Part shown: in pieces, positions 36,898-49,936 of the stretch
Position numbering within the stretch: the stretch's first letter is position 1
Layout: every line of letters begins with the position of its first letter
From: Eledone cirrhosa
Lineage: Eukaryota
Length of the DNA stretch: 64,000 nt
Reading direction: 5' to 3'
Assembly (NCBI GenBank): GCA_964016885.1
Contig: OZ024741.1
Location: 14,446,001 to 14,510,000 of the forward strand
Notes under the pieces: model-generated
Told to the model about the DNA's origin: nothing
Databases searched by the model: none
Seen by the model: the letters and a program-made list of their open reading frames with translations, nothing else
Translations under genes and position numbers: made by a program

Positions 36898-39623
36898 TCT
36901 GCAAAATCCTACTTGAGTGCCTCAAAAGTGGCGCACGGGTGACCCTGGCTGTCTGATAGCTATGGTAGCGGGACTCAATGTCCGGGCAGGTTTTATCATG
37001 TTACACAGGTATCAGACTATTGGTCCTAGAGATGATCATCATCTTCTAGAGTTCAAAAGCTAGCTAAACTGAAGAGGTACCGACCTGCCCACCCAGCCAG
37101 TGGGATTGCGTCACGGATTTGTGTACTGAACGTGAACCTCTCAGGGAAATCCACCCTCAAGATCGTCCCGACCTACGCTCCCACAAGTGCCTGCGACGAC
37201 GATAAGGTGGAAGAATTCTATCGCCAGCTAGACAAAGTGCTAGCTGTGACGTCCACTTACACCGCAAAGGTTGGACAGGGACGGCAAGGGGAAGAGTATG
37301 TTGGAAGATTTGGCCTAGGAGAACGAAATGAGAGAGGAGAGCGTCTGGTCACCATGATGGAGGCGAGATGGCTCTACGTCGGAAACAGCCTATTCGAGAA
37401 GAAGAAGGAGAAGAGATGGACCTGGGTATCGCCAAATTCTGAGCACCGAAACGAGATTGACTACATCTTGGTCGACAAGCGACGCATACTGCAGGACGTC
37501 TCCGTCATAACGCCATTCAACACTGGCAGTGATCATCGTCTGGTGAGGGTGAGGATCGTCATCGACCGGACGATGGAGAAGAAGGCGCTGCATTTGGCGT
37601 CGAAGGGAGAAGGCGTCCGGGTCTTCAACGAGGCGCAGCTGCAGGAAGCCATTATGCAGGAAAAGTGGCGTCAAGGAGACGGCATAGACGCTGACTACGA
37701 CTCACTGATAAGGAAACTGAAGGAGTGCTTAAGGAAGGCTAAGGGTGTGTACCCGATGGAGCGGAAGGGAAGAGTCTCGGAGGAAACTATGAAGTTGCTT
37801 GAGAAGAGGAAGAATATGAAGAGGACACCTGAAGATCACCTCGAATATTCCCTTCTCAGCAGAGTGATGCGTCAACAACTGAAGAGAGACTTCGAGGCAT
37901 ACCGGATGGAGAAGCTCCTGAAGGCCGCGAAGGAAAAGAAGAGCCTCAAGAAATGCGAGAGGGACATGACAATGTACAGATCGGAGGTGACGACCCTGAA
38001 AAACACAGCTGGAGTATCGGTCAGCGACAAGAGTGAGGTGGAAAAGGTTTGCGAAGACTTCTACACCAAGCTCTTCAAGTCTGCCGGGAATGTGCAGCCG
38101 TTGCCGTCACTCCAACAGGAAGAATATGTGCCACCCATCCTTGTCGGTGAGGTCGAAAGGGCCGTCGGCTTGATGGAAAGCGGAAAGGCGCCAGAAAAAG
38201 TCGGCATAACATCGGAGGTGTTGAAGTCAGGCGGACAGCAGCTCTGGAAAATCCTCGCCGAGCGATTCACACACTATCTGGACGAGGGAAGAATACCCTC
38301 GCAGTGGAAAGAGTCGAATACCATCCTGCTATACAAGAAGGGCGATAGAGAAGATCTGAAGAACTACCGACCCATATGCCTGCTGTCTCACGTGTACAAG
38401 CTGTTCACGAAAATAAACCTGAACAGGTTATCACGTCATCTGGACGAACAGCAACCGAAAGAGCAAGCCGGCTTCCGAATAAACTACAGCACGATGGACC
38501 ACATATTTACTCACAACTGCTTGAGCGAGCGAAAGAGTGCAAGATGCCTCTTTGCATCGCGTTCGTAGACTACGAGAAGGCCTTCGACAGCGTCGAAATA
38601 AACGCAGTGCTGAACTCGCTGCAGAGGCAAGGAGTCGAGGCGCAATACGTCCAACTGCTCAGGGAGGCAGGTTCCGGGTGCACCACCGACATAGCTCTGC
38701 TGTCATCACCCGTACGAGTGCCGGTCGAGAAGGGAGTGAAACAAGGAGTTACGATCTCTCCAAAACTTTTCACCACGTGTCTCGAGCAGATCATCAGAAG
38801 CATTGACTGGCAAGGCGATGTTAACATCAACGGCGAGATACTTACCCACCTCCGTTTCGCTGATGACATCGTACTCATCGCTGAAACCACGGATCAGCTT
38901 CAGACCATGCTGACGGAGCTCGACATCAAAAGCTCTGCTGTAGGCTTCAAGATGAACTGCATGAAAACGAAGTTCATGCGGTCCGACAACGTGCCAACAG
39001 GTCGAATGGTGGTTGGCGGTTATGAAATAGAGGAGGTGGAGGAATACGTCTACCTGGGACAAGAAGTGAACATGCGCCGAGACATTGAGAGGGAGATCTC
39101 GCGGAGATTAAGGGCCGGATGGAAGGCGTTCAACGGCATAAGGGATGTGCTCAAGAGGAGGTTGGGCAAGACCACCCGCGCCAACCTCTTCAATAGCACA
39201 GTTTTACCTGCAATGTTATATGGCAGTGAAACTTGGGCTACAACGAAGAGAGAAGAGCAGAGGCTGGTAACGGCTCAAAGAGGCAAGGAGAGATCAATGC
39301 TAGGAATCTCGTTGAGAGAGCACATCAGGAGCGAAGTCATCAGACAGAAGTCCAGCGTGAGGGACGTCATCACAGAATATATGCGCAGCAAGTTCAGATG
39401 GGCTGGACATGTCGCCCGGTTCACTGATAATCGGTGGACCCGCGCATTTGCCGAGTGGCACCCGCGCGAGCGGAAACGACCACTCGTAAGGCCTCCACGA
39501 GGGTGGAGTTACGATTGGGACTACATGGATGAGGAAAGCACGATCCAGGGAGGAATGGACGGCGTGCTGTGACCAGCGACGCCGAATGGACGCCCGACGG
39601 ACTGGTCGGTCAAGGTGATCAAG

Positions 39624-39627
<4 letters not shown>
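36896..39627 (+). mobile_element. RTE-clade LINE (APE endonuclease + RT), internally deleted and frameshifted, inserted in (TA)n
   Basis: YAPTS, NEIDYILV, SDHRLV, YRPICLLS, EQAGFR, FVDYEKAFDS, LRFADD, YVYLGQ, WAGHVAR. Frameshift at ~38510; tandem tail caaggtgat x2; (TA)n on both sides. Confidence 0.92.
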
Positions 39628-39712
<85 letters not shown>

Positions 39713-39715
<3 letters not shown>

Positions 39716-40136
39716 AAAAGAGTCAGGACCCCAACGGCAGAGCTCAAGCCATTTTGACGTCTATTTCAAACCAGAAATAGCCGTCGAAATGGCTTGAGCT
39801 CTGCCGTTGTGGTCCTGATTCTTTTCCTACTACCCGCTCTACTACCCAAAGTATCGAGTACTCTGGTGCGTTATGGTCCACCTGGTTTCTTACCACACTT
39901 CCTTCGTTATATATATATATATATATATATATATAGGAACGAGTAGGACCCCGACGGCTGAGCTCAAGCCGTTTCGACGGTTAATTCTGGACTAAATTTA
40001 GTCCAGAATTAGCCGTCGAAACGGCTTGAGCTCAGCCGTCGGGGTCCTACTCGTTCCTATTGCCTACTCTACTACCCTAAGTATTGAGTACTTTGGTGCG
40101 TTATGGTCCACCTGGTTTCTTACCACACTTCCTTCG

Positions 40137-40169
<33 letters not shown>

Positions 40170-40371
40170 AACGAGTAGGACCCCGACGGCTGAGCTCAAG
40201 CCGTTTCGACGGTTAATTCTGGACTAAATTTAGTCCAGAATTAGCCGTCGAAACGGCTTGAGCTCAGCCGTCGGGGTCCTACTCGTTCCTATTGCCTACT
40301 CTACTACCCTAAGTATTGAGTACTTTGGTGCGTTATGGTCCACCTGGTTCCTTACCACATTTCCTTCGTTA
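39713..40371 (+). mobile_element. Three tandem fold-back elements (39713-39909, 39935-40139, 40167-40371) separated by (TA)n
   Basis: Each has a ~115-125-bp palindrome plus a ~80-bp tail ending cttccttcgtt. The last two copies are almost identical. Confidence 0.88.
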
Positions 40372-40741
40372 TATATATATATATATATAAAGAGAGAGAG
40401 ATGGAGGAAATTAACAAAGAGATGACAACGAACGAAAAATAATCTTTTGAAGGGGAAACCATAAAAAATGTTTTAGCAAATAAAAATGATAACCAAAGAG
40501 GTCTTCAGTCGTCGAGATTCATCTCTGGCCGTTTCGACCCCTACCAAGGGTGCTGCCAGTTCACTCGGGGTCACAACGTCTGACACAAGCCAAATAGCTG
40601 TTCTCTCTGTATATGAAATGTTACTCGTTAAGAGTGTCTATATTATTACAGAGAACCTTACCCGACAGTTCTGCTGATACCAGTATAGAAGCGGTATAAT
40701 CTTAACCGTAGTGCAAAGAATAACTATGATAATAATAATAA

Positions 40742-40893
40742 TGATTTCTACTATAGGCACAAGGCCAGCCATTACCTCAGTGCATTACTGGTACTTTATT
40801 TTATCGACCCCGTAAGGATGAAAGGCAAAGTTAACCTCGGCGGGATTTGAACTCAGACCATAATGGGCTGTAACTCTTTGCTGCCAATCCACC
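40742..40893 (-). mobile_element. SINE-A copy in (AAT)n whose tail ends AGAAATC(ATT)n
   Basis: atgatttctactataggcacaaggccagc...ctgccaatccaccg. Confidence 0.88.
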
Positions 40894-40957
<64 letters not shown>

Positions 40958-40960
40958 GTA

Positions 40961-41195
40961 CCAAAGTGATCCCGATTGTCATAGGCGCACTGGGGACTAT
41001 CTCCAAAAGTTTCCAGGGATGGTTAAAGAAAATCGGCCCCTTCACGCTTTTTGGAACGCTTCAAAAGGCATGCTTGCTGCGAACAGCAAGAACCCTCGGA
41101 TACGTCCTGAATATCTGAGGCTGCAGGTAGTGGCTTGATATTCATTCCAACGGACTTTCCAGTTAACCAACATCAATGACTGAGATTCAAGGAAT
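40961..41195 (+). mobile_element. Short 3' fragment of R4/Dong family b
   Basis: Near-identical to 41888-42120; flanked by (AAT)n. Confidence 0.88.
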
Positions 41196-41223
41196 AACAA
41201 CAATAATAATAATAATAATAATA

Positions 41224-42120
41224 GGGGACAGTAGGCCAGGGGATGTCCAAGGAGGAAATAACATCAAGGAGGAAGAGCAGCCTTAAGGGAAAATCCCTTC
41301 ATAGTACCTTCTTTGAGAAAACTGAATTTAGAGATCCACAGACATGGAACTGGTTGAGAAGAGGAGACCTCAAAAAGGCTACAGAAGGAATGCTAATGGC
41401 TGCGCAGGAGCAGGCCCTCAAAACGAAGTGGTTGAAGCACCATATTTACAAGGAGGAGGCTAACCCACTGTGCAGGATCTGTGGAGAGAGAGAGGAGACT
41501 GTGGCTCACATTGTGTCCGAGTGTAAACACCTAGCCCAGACCCACTGTAAGGGCTGGAGACACGATGTGATGGGCAGGGTGATCCACTGGCACCTGTGCA
41601 AAGTAAACAATTTACCACATTCTGAGAAATGGTATGAGCATAGGCCAGAGGCGGTGATGGAGAACAATCAGGTGAAGGTGCTGTGGGATTTTAGGATACA
41701 GACGGACAAAAAACTAGAACACAATAGACCTGACCCGGTGGTTGTGGACAAAGAAAAAAGATCGTGTCTGATTGTAGATGTGGCCTGCCCTTTCGACACG
41801 AGAGTGCAAGAGAAGGAGAGGGAGAAAATTAACCGATACCAGGACCTAAAGTGGGAGGTGAAAAGGATTTGGAACTGCCATGAAGTCAAAGTGATCCCGA
41901 TTGTCATAGGCGCACTGGGGACTATCTCCAAAAGTTTCCAGGGATGGTTAAAGAAAATCGGCCCCTTCACGCTTTTTGGAACGCTTCAAAAGGCATGCTT
42001 GCTTGGAACAGCAAGAACCCTCGGATACGTCCTGAATATCTGAGGCTGCAGATAGTGGCTTGATATTCATTCCAACGGACTTTCCAGTTAACCAACATCA
42101 ATGACTGAGATTCAAGGAAT
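41224..42120 (+). mobile_element. 5'-truncated R4/Dong family b element (CCHC + restriction-like endonuclease)
   Basis: ORF 41243-42043: TEGMLMAAQEQ, CRIC..ETVAHIVSEC..RHD, LWDF, RPD..IVDVACP..KINRYQDL. Ends in an (AAT)n tail. Confidence 0.92.
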
Positions 42121-42123
42121 AAC

Positions 42124-42156
<33 letters not shown>

Positions 42157-42157
<1 letters not shown>

Positions 42158-45100
42158 TTTTCTTTATTAACCACAAGGGTTCACATAAAGTAGACATTAA
42201 GGACAGTACAGGACAATACAGGACGGTACAAATGGGCATTTCTGCGTGTATAAAATCAGAGGTTGAAATAAAATAACAAAGAAAAATTCCCCAATAGGGG
42301 GGAGACTTCCAAGGGACATTTGTGGAGAAAGCCCATTAAAAGACCACAGTGGCCCTGACCACCAGCGCAAGTGCCCTCTCCCAGTTTTCCACCTTTAATT
42401 TACAGACACATACTCAGAGAAGGCCCATTCATTCGGGCCATACTTGCTTCTCTCACCCATCTTTCAACAAAATGCTGGGAAGAGAGCACTTCCCTCTCTA
42501 CCCTGATTTTCCTTTTCAAATGAAATTTGAAAAAGTTAATCAGGGCATCACGGAAGAGGTAAGTGCTCGTCTTCAGCCCTTTCAAACGTGTCCACCATAC
42601 TATCTCTTTCGCCATGGCCACCAGACAGATAAAAACTGCCTGCCCTTCCAGGCTAAAGGAAGGGGGCGGGGCAATCCTCACGATGGACTCAGCTGATAGC
42701 TGGATCCGTCCTACACGTGACAGCAGGTGTTCGACATAAACCCACAAGTCAGCAATGCTCGGACACTGGACGAGTGCGTGCAGGACGGTTTCGTCGCCCT
42801 GCGCGCATCTCGGACATGCCCGGCTGACGGCACCTCCATGCCTGTAGAGTTTATCCCGAACTGGCAAAGCTCCTCGGTAGCACTGCCAGGCCAGGGATTT
42901 CTGGAAGTTGTCCATAGGCCCCGGCCCGAAAGTCCTTCCGAAGAGATTGGCTAGTTGATTTTCGTCGACGCCAAGAGTTTCTCCAAGTACGTCGTCGCTC
43001 TTCCCCTCCACTAATCCCCTATAGAACGCCAAGGTGGAGTTTCCACCGATCACATTGCCCGATTGGTCGAGGGCTGTGAGCGCCTGAAGACATTCCAGTC
43101 TCCAAGCGCTCCCTCTCGGTCTTCGCTTGACCCAGGACTGCAGCTCCGTCAAGGAGACGAGCTGGGGAAAAACGTGTCTTGCAAACGGCGACCACACCTG
43201 ATCACCGTCGAGGAAGAGGTGGAGATGTCGTAGCCTGAGCGCGTGTCTGCGCATCATCAGCCACGGCATGCCCAGCCCTCCACGTAGCGGGTGTTGACAG
43301 CAGATGGACCGCCTGACCATCGGAGCGCGTCCCTTCCACAAGAAGCGAAAGAGCAAACGCTCCAGCGCAGTCAGGCGGGCCTTAGTACAAGGTACGACGG
43401 TCAGGCGGTAGTAGATGACGGATGCGATGTACGCATTCGCCACCTCCGCTCGACCTTTCAGGGATAGCTTCCTCTCGGCCCATTTCTGGGTGAGAGAAGC
43501 CACCCTGCTCGTCACCTCGTCCCAGTTTTTGTCCGTCTGGAGGTCTGGACCGAACCAGACCCCTAGCAATTTAACCGGTCCGTCCGTCCAGCGCCCGACG
43601 ACGCTGTTGGACGGCATCGACCTGCCTCTCCAGGTGCCGAGCTGCAGGCCCACTGACTTTTCCTGGTTGATCATTGCTCCTGTCTCCGCTTCGTATTCTC
43701 TTAGTGTAGTGCCGATCGCCTCGATGTGTTTGGCGTTCGACACCACTACGGTGACATCGTCGGCATATGCTGACACGGATCTTCCGCATCCTAGTTCGCG
43801 CGGGACTCCCCTCAACGTCTACAGTTTGTGCAGTAATGGCTCGAGAGTCAATACGTACAATAGGGACGAGAGGGGACATCCTTGGCGGACCGAGCGCATG
43901 ATGTTGAACGGTTCCGAAAGGTGACCGTTCACTCTCACTACAGAGCAGATGTCGCTGTGCATGGGAGCGATCCAGCCTCTGAAGACGGGCCCAAAGCCAG
44001 CCGCCCTCAGGACTGCCGCTAGGTAACGATGGTCGACCCTATCGAAGGCTTTCGACTGATCTAAATTGATCAAAGACCCACCCGTGCCAGGTTCGCTAGC
44101 TACCCTCTCTACGATGTATCGCATGAGGTGGAGGTTGTCGTGGATGGATCTGTCGGGAATGGCGCATGTCTGTGCCTCTCCCACCAGACCACCAACGACA
44201 AGCGCCAACCTCTTTGCTAGCACCTTGGCCAAAATCTTGAACTCTGTGTTTAGCAGAGTTATGGGCCTAAAATTATCTATGTTATCCCCCTTGTTCGGAT
44301 CCTTTCTCAGCAGCGCCACCGCTCCTCGGCTCACAGAGCTGGGAATTCTCCCGTTCTGTTGCCAGTTGCAGTAGACGTCCGCCAAGAGGCCTCCGAACAA
44401 GTTTGGCATTTGTACGTAAAGTTCATAGGGCAGACCATCCAAACCAGGCGATTTACCCCTTGTGCAACTAGTCATTGCATCCCGTACTTCAGCGGTCGTT
44501 ATCAGCTTTTCGCAACACTCCGCCTCAGTGGCCGAAAGCCGCGGCAGTCCGTCGAGGTAGACACTAAAGTCCATCCCTCGATCCGGCCCGCCACTGCCCC
44601 CGAACAGTTGAGCGAAGTGTCGCTGAAAAGCTTCACACATTTGCCCGGGATCGAGTAGCATGCGCCCGTCGTGGTCCACCAAAGACCGGATCGTGGCTTT
44701 GTTGCCACGACGCGCCTCCGCCACTCGGGCCCATTGAACGGCTTTCGTCCCCTCGTGTCTGAGAGCACGCACCCTAGCTCTGACAACGCAGCCTTCGTGC
44801 TTTGCATTGAAGAATTGGTCAAGGGCCAATTTCGCCGCAAGTACGTCGGTTGCGATGCCTTTGCTAAGCGCCTCATCTAATTTTCTAACTAATTCTCCCT
44901 CTGCTCTATTTTTCTCTATTGCTAAAGTCTTACTAAACCTAATGGACTCTATTCTAATTGCTCTTTTCAGAGCAAACCACCACTTGTTGTTGACGATGGC
45001 CCCCGTCAACGCCCGCTTAACTAGTTCGCTAATCCGGTCTCTGTAGGCCTTGCGCGCTGGTAAGGACTCGTTTAGCTTCCAGTAGCCGGGTCCTCGTCTA

Positions 45101-48040
45101 TGAAGCCTATCTAAGTCAAGCACACAGATCACGAATTTGTGGTCTGTGTAGCTGACTATCTTGAATTGTGGACAGCCTATGCTAGACCTATCTCTTTCCC
45201 TACAAAATACTCTATCTAGATATGATCTGGATGACCCTATGCGATTTGTCCAAGTCCACATTGGTACATTCGGGAAATCCATTCGGTACCTGTCAGACAG
45301 TTCAAAACGTCTGAGCAGGTTGGTGAGACTCTTGCACCCTCCTTCCCTATCCACTAATCCCACACAATCCCAGCGTGAATCTAAGATCCCGTTCCAGTCG
45401 CCCACTAACACTAAAGAGCGGGACGTTCCAAGAAAGGTCTCCAGACGCCGGAAGAAATCAGGCCGCCCTGCTCCTGTCGGGGCATAGACGGCCACTAACC
45501 TGAAAGCTTGGCCGTCTCCGCTGGTCACGTCCAACACCACCAACTTACCTTCTGGGTCCAGGAAGATGGCCCGTATGGCAAGATCCAAACCTCTCCGAAA
45601 AAGCACAGCAACTCCACCCCCCGATCCCGGACGGCTGGGAGATGCGTACACATCGTAGCCGCCGAAGATCGGTGCGAAAACCTGCGCTTCGGAGATTCTG
45701 GTCTCGCTGATGGCCACTACATCTATGTTTAGTGACCTGAGGTCGTTGAGCAGGTGGCCCTGCTTCCATGACGACCCCAAGCCACGCGCATTTATGCTGC
45801 CTATTCTGAGTGAGGTCATGTTGAAAAGGAGTGGAAAAGATGGGAAAGACCACTTACCTTACTTCTCGTAGGGGAAGGACGGTTTTTCCATCCTTTTCAC
45901 TGCTTGTGGCCTCCTCAGGAAGGATGTCCTTATAAATCCTCCTGGAGAGTGCTTGTCGGAAGTCTCGGATGTCTTTGTTGAATTTTTGTTTTAGTGTCAT
46001 GTACGTTTTCTGTGTGATGCGAGTGATCTGTATGTGTGGAGGTGGTGTGAATTTTGGGGTTGTTGTGTAGTCTTTTCCTGTGATGCTGGTGTTGTGTTGG
46101 ATGTAGTGTAATAATTGCTTGTTGTTCAAATTTAATGCTGTGTAGTGTGTATCGTTTTGGTTGTTTTGTTTTGTTTGCGTTTGTTGTGGGTTTGTTTCTG
46201 TTTCGCATTTTGGTGACTTTTGTGGTGTAGGTGATGGTGGTGCTGGGGTTAATGATGGTGATGGTGTTGGTGTTTGGGTTGATGGGGTTGGTGATGCTGG
46301 TGTGGATGGTGGCATATCTGTCCTAACTTTTTTGTTTCTTAATTTATTTGTTTCCCTCTGTATTTTGTTTTTGGAGGGGGAAGGAAGAGAATTTTTTCTT
46401 TTTTGGTTTCTTTTTTTTTTCCGGATATCGTTTCCCACTCCTCGTCGTCACAATCTGTCTCCAGTTGTGATAGGCCGGGGAGTGGAAAATCCTCCTCAGC
46501 CGTTAGTTTTCGTTGTGGCGTGGTGGATGGTGTAGGCGCTGGTGCTAGTTCTGAAGCGTTGGGTGGTGGTGGTGTTGGTTTTGCTGGTGGTGGTGGTGGC
46601 TTTGGTTTTGCTACTGTTGCTGGGGTTGTTGCTGTTATAGTTGCTTCTGTTGTTGCTGCTACAGTTTTTGCTGCCATCTCTGCTACTGGTGGTGTTGATG
46701 GTTGTGTCACTGGGGTGGGTAGGAGAGGTGGCCTCAACCTTTTAGCCTGAGGGCAGAAAGCCCTTAGGTGGGTTCCTTCACCACAAACGACACACCTAGG
46801 TCTTCTGCCCTCGACAATTACCGTGAGGTGGCTGCCGTCAGTGAGATCTATTACCTCAGGGATCTCCTCAATGCTTTTTTGGTCCGCTTGGATCAGGAGC
46901 TCCATCCCAGATCCGGACCAGTTTTCCTGCTTTTCTTTTGCTACTGCTATTATTTTCGTGTTGGCTTCGATGCCGGCGGGGACGGCCGCTATTAGCCAGG
47001 GAATTTCGATGGCCGGTGGAACGTGGGTCACCCTGATCTTTACGAGTCTCTGGCCACAATAGCTTGGGACGAGTGTGAAGTCGTCACTTTTTAATGGGGC
47101 CATGGAGTGTTCTCTAGCCTCCTTTGGTGTTTCAAAGAACACGTCCACGGTTCCATACTTTTGCCCACGTCTGATGTGGGTTTTTCTTGCCCACACATGT
47201 CCCAAAGCTTTTTGGATTTGGGACTCGGATGCCCGTTCCACTCGGCGCGATTTTACATTTATTGTTCTATACGACACGGTGCATAGGCGCCGATGCTCCA
47301 TTTTATTAGGTGGGGGGGGGGGGTGAGGCTGACCCTGTACCCATCTTTCTTTACCATTTGTTTGGCATTTGCTAAATCCTCCTGAGTTACCGTACAAGCT
47401 TCGAATTGTTTTGCTACTCTGGCGAAACTGAGGGTCGGTTTTATAATGTCATTGTTGTTGTTGTTGCTATCGTTAATATTAATTTTAGTTTCAGTTGTGG
47501 TGGTGGTGACGTCAGTCGTCTTTGGTGGGGAAGAGTCCATTTTGCTTGATTTCATTTCGACATCACGAGTTAATTTATTTTTTTCTTCTTTTGTTTCTGT
47601 TGTCGCGGTGGTGGTGGTGGTGGTGGTTGTCGCCCTGGTGGTGGTGGAGGCTTTAACACCTGCAGTCATTGGTAATGGCGGGAAATGAATGTCTGCCTGA
47701 GACAAATTTAAAATATTGCTACTGCTTATATTTTTTTTTGTGTTGGCAAACGTAGTAACATTTACAATGGTGGTGTCGGTGTGAGGTGTTAATTTGTGAG
47801 GAAGGCTTTCAGCTGCTTGTTGCAGAGGTGAATTAGCCATTTTTTTCAAAGAAATTTTTTGATAATAATAAAAGTTTAAATTTTGGGCCCCAATCTTTTT
47901 GGGTGTCCTTTTCGGAAAACAATGTATGTGCTCTTATAAACAGTTAACAATAAAATTTTCCATAAATGACAATTTTTAACAAACGGAAATAACAAACCTT
48001 TGCGGAGCTCACGATGATACGATTTACTACGTAGGTCGCC
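42157..48040 (-). mobile_element. Full-length Tx1 copy 4 (5' module type B)
   Basis: ORF2 42400-45819 has a single internal TAG at 43819. ORF1 45854-47840 has two homopolymer frameshifts (~46415, ~47315). Flanked by (AAT)n. Confidence 0.95.
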
Positions 48041-48099
<59 letters not shown>

Positions 48100-48515
48100 C
48101 AAGAAACTGGAACACAATAGACCTGACCTGGTGGTTTTGGACAAAGAAAAAGATCGTGCCTGATTGTGGATGTGGCCTGCCCATTCGACACGAGAGTGCA
48201 AGAGAAGGAGAGGGAGAAAATTAACCGATACCAGGACTTAAAGTGGGAGGTAAAAAGAATTTGGAACTGCCATGAATCCAAAGTGATCCCGATTGTCATA
48301 GGCGCACTAGGGACTATCTCAAAAAGTTTCCAGGGATGGTGAAAGAAAATTGGCCCCTTCACGCTTTTTGGAACGCTTCAAAAGGCATGCTTGCTGGGAA
48401 CAGCAAGAACCCTCCGATACGTCCTGAATATCTGAGGCTGCAGGTAGTGGCTTGATATTCATCTCAACAAACTTTCCAGTTAACTAACATCAATGACTGA
48501 GACTCAAAGAGTAAT
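48100..48515 (+). mobile_element. 3' fragment of R4/Dong family b
   Basis: Homologous to 41710-42120; flanked by (AAT)n. Confidence 0.9.
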
Positions 48516-48536
48516 AACAATGATAATAATAATAAT

Positions 48537-48575
<39 letters not shown>

Positions 48576-48577
<2 letters not shown>

Positions 48578-49409
48578 TTTCTTTATTAACCACAAGGGTT
48601 TACATAAAGTAGACATTAAGGACAGTGCAGGACAATACAGGACGGTACAAATGGGCATTTCTGCGTGTAAAAAAAAACAAAAAAAACAGAGGGTGTAACA
48701 AAAAATTAACAATGAAAAATTCCCCAATAGGGGGGAGACTTCGGAGGGACATTTGTGGAGAAAGCCCAGTAAAAAGCCACAATGACCCTGACCACCAAGG
48801 CAAGTGCCCTCTCCCAGTTTTCCACCTTTAATTTACAGATATATACTCAGAGTAGGCCCATTTACTCGGGCCATTCTTGCTTCTCTCACCCATCTTTCAA
48901 CAAAATGCTGGGAAGAGAGCACTTCCCTCTCTACTCTGATTTTCCTTTTCAAATGAAATTTGAAAAAGTCAATCAGAGCATCACCGAAGAAGTAAGTGCT
49001 CGTCTTCAGCCCTTTCAAACGTGTCCACCATACTATCTCTTTCGCCATGGCCACCAGACAGATAAAAACTGCCTGCCCTTCCCGGCTAAAGGAGGAGGGC
49101 AGGGCAATCCTCACGATGGACTCAGGTGATAGCCGGATCCGTCCTAAACGCGACAGCAGGTGTTCGACATAAACCCACAAGTCAGCAATTTTCGGACACT
49201 GGACGAGTGCGTGCAGGACGGTTTCGTCGCCCTGTGCGCATCTCGGACATGGCCGGCTGACGGCACCTCCATGCCTGTAGAGTTTATCCCGAACTGGCAA
49301 GGCTCCTCGGTAGCACTACCAGGCCAGAGATTTCTGGAAGTTGTCCATAGGCCCTGGTCCGAAAGTTCTTCCGAAGAGATTGGCTAGTTGATTTTCGTCG
49401 ACGCCTAGA
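48576..49409 (-). mobile_element. 5'-truncated Tx1 copy 5
   Basis: ORF2 C-terminus plus 3' UTR; the truncated 5' end joins directly to (AAT)n. Confidence 0.93.
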
Positions 49410-49430
49410 TAATAATAATAATAATAATAA

Positions 49431-49535
49431 TATGTATGTTCTTTCTTGAACATGGCGGACCTTGTTGTCTCTTGAGGTCACTGGTTGTGACTTGGTGATA
49501 ACTCGTATGAACATAAAGCAAGATAAATGCAACTG
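49431..49535 (+). mobile_element. 3'-UTR-only copy of R4/Dong family a
   Basis: Matches 24759-24857 and lies between (AAT)n tracts. Confidence 0.9.
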
Positions 49536-49557
49536 TAATAATAATAATAATAATAAT

Positions 49558-49936
49558 AGTCATTTCATTTACTAGCCACCAGGGCCGACATGTAGGGGAC
49601 AATACAAAGACAGGGACAGTGGGGATTTACAATAAGGTCGAGTAAAAGTGCACAATGGCAAGACTAATTTAACAATGAAAATATAAAAATAACTCCACAA
49701 GTCAGTAATGCACGGACATTGGACAAGTGCGTGCAGAACGGTTTCGTCGTTCTGTGCGCATCTTGGGCAGATCCGTCTGACAGCACTTCCGTGCCTGTAA
49801 AGTTTATCCCGAACCGGCAGTGCCCCCCGGTAGCACTGCCAAGCGAGGGATTTCTGGAAATTGTCCATCGTCCCCGGCTCAAAAGTCCTCCGGTACAGAC
49901 TGGTCAGTTCGACTTCGTCGAGGTCCAAAGCTTCTC
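49558..49936 (-). mobile_element. Fragment of a second, divergent Tx1 family (internally deleted)
   Basis: MDNFQKSLAWQCYRGALPVRDKLYRHG..CPRC..ETVLHALVQC joined to a different 3' end, cggccctggtggctagtaaatgaaatgact(ATT)n. Confidence 0.85.
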
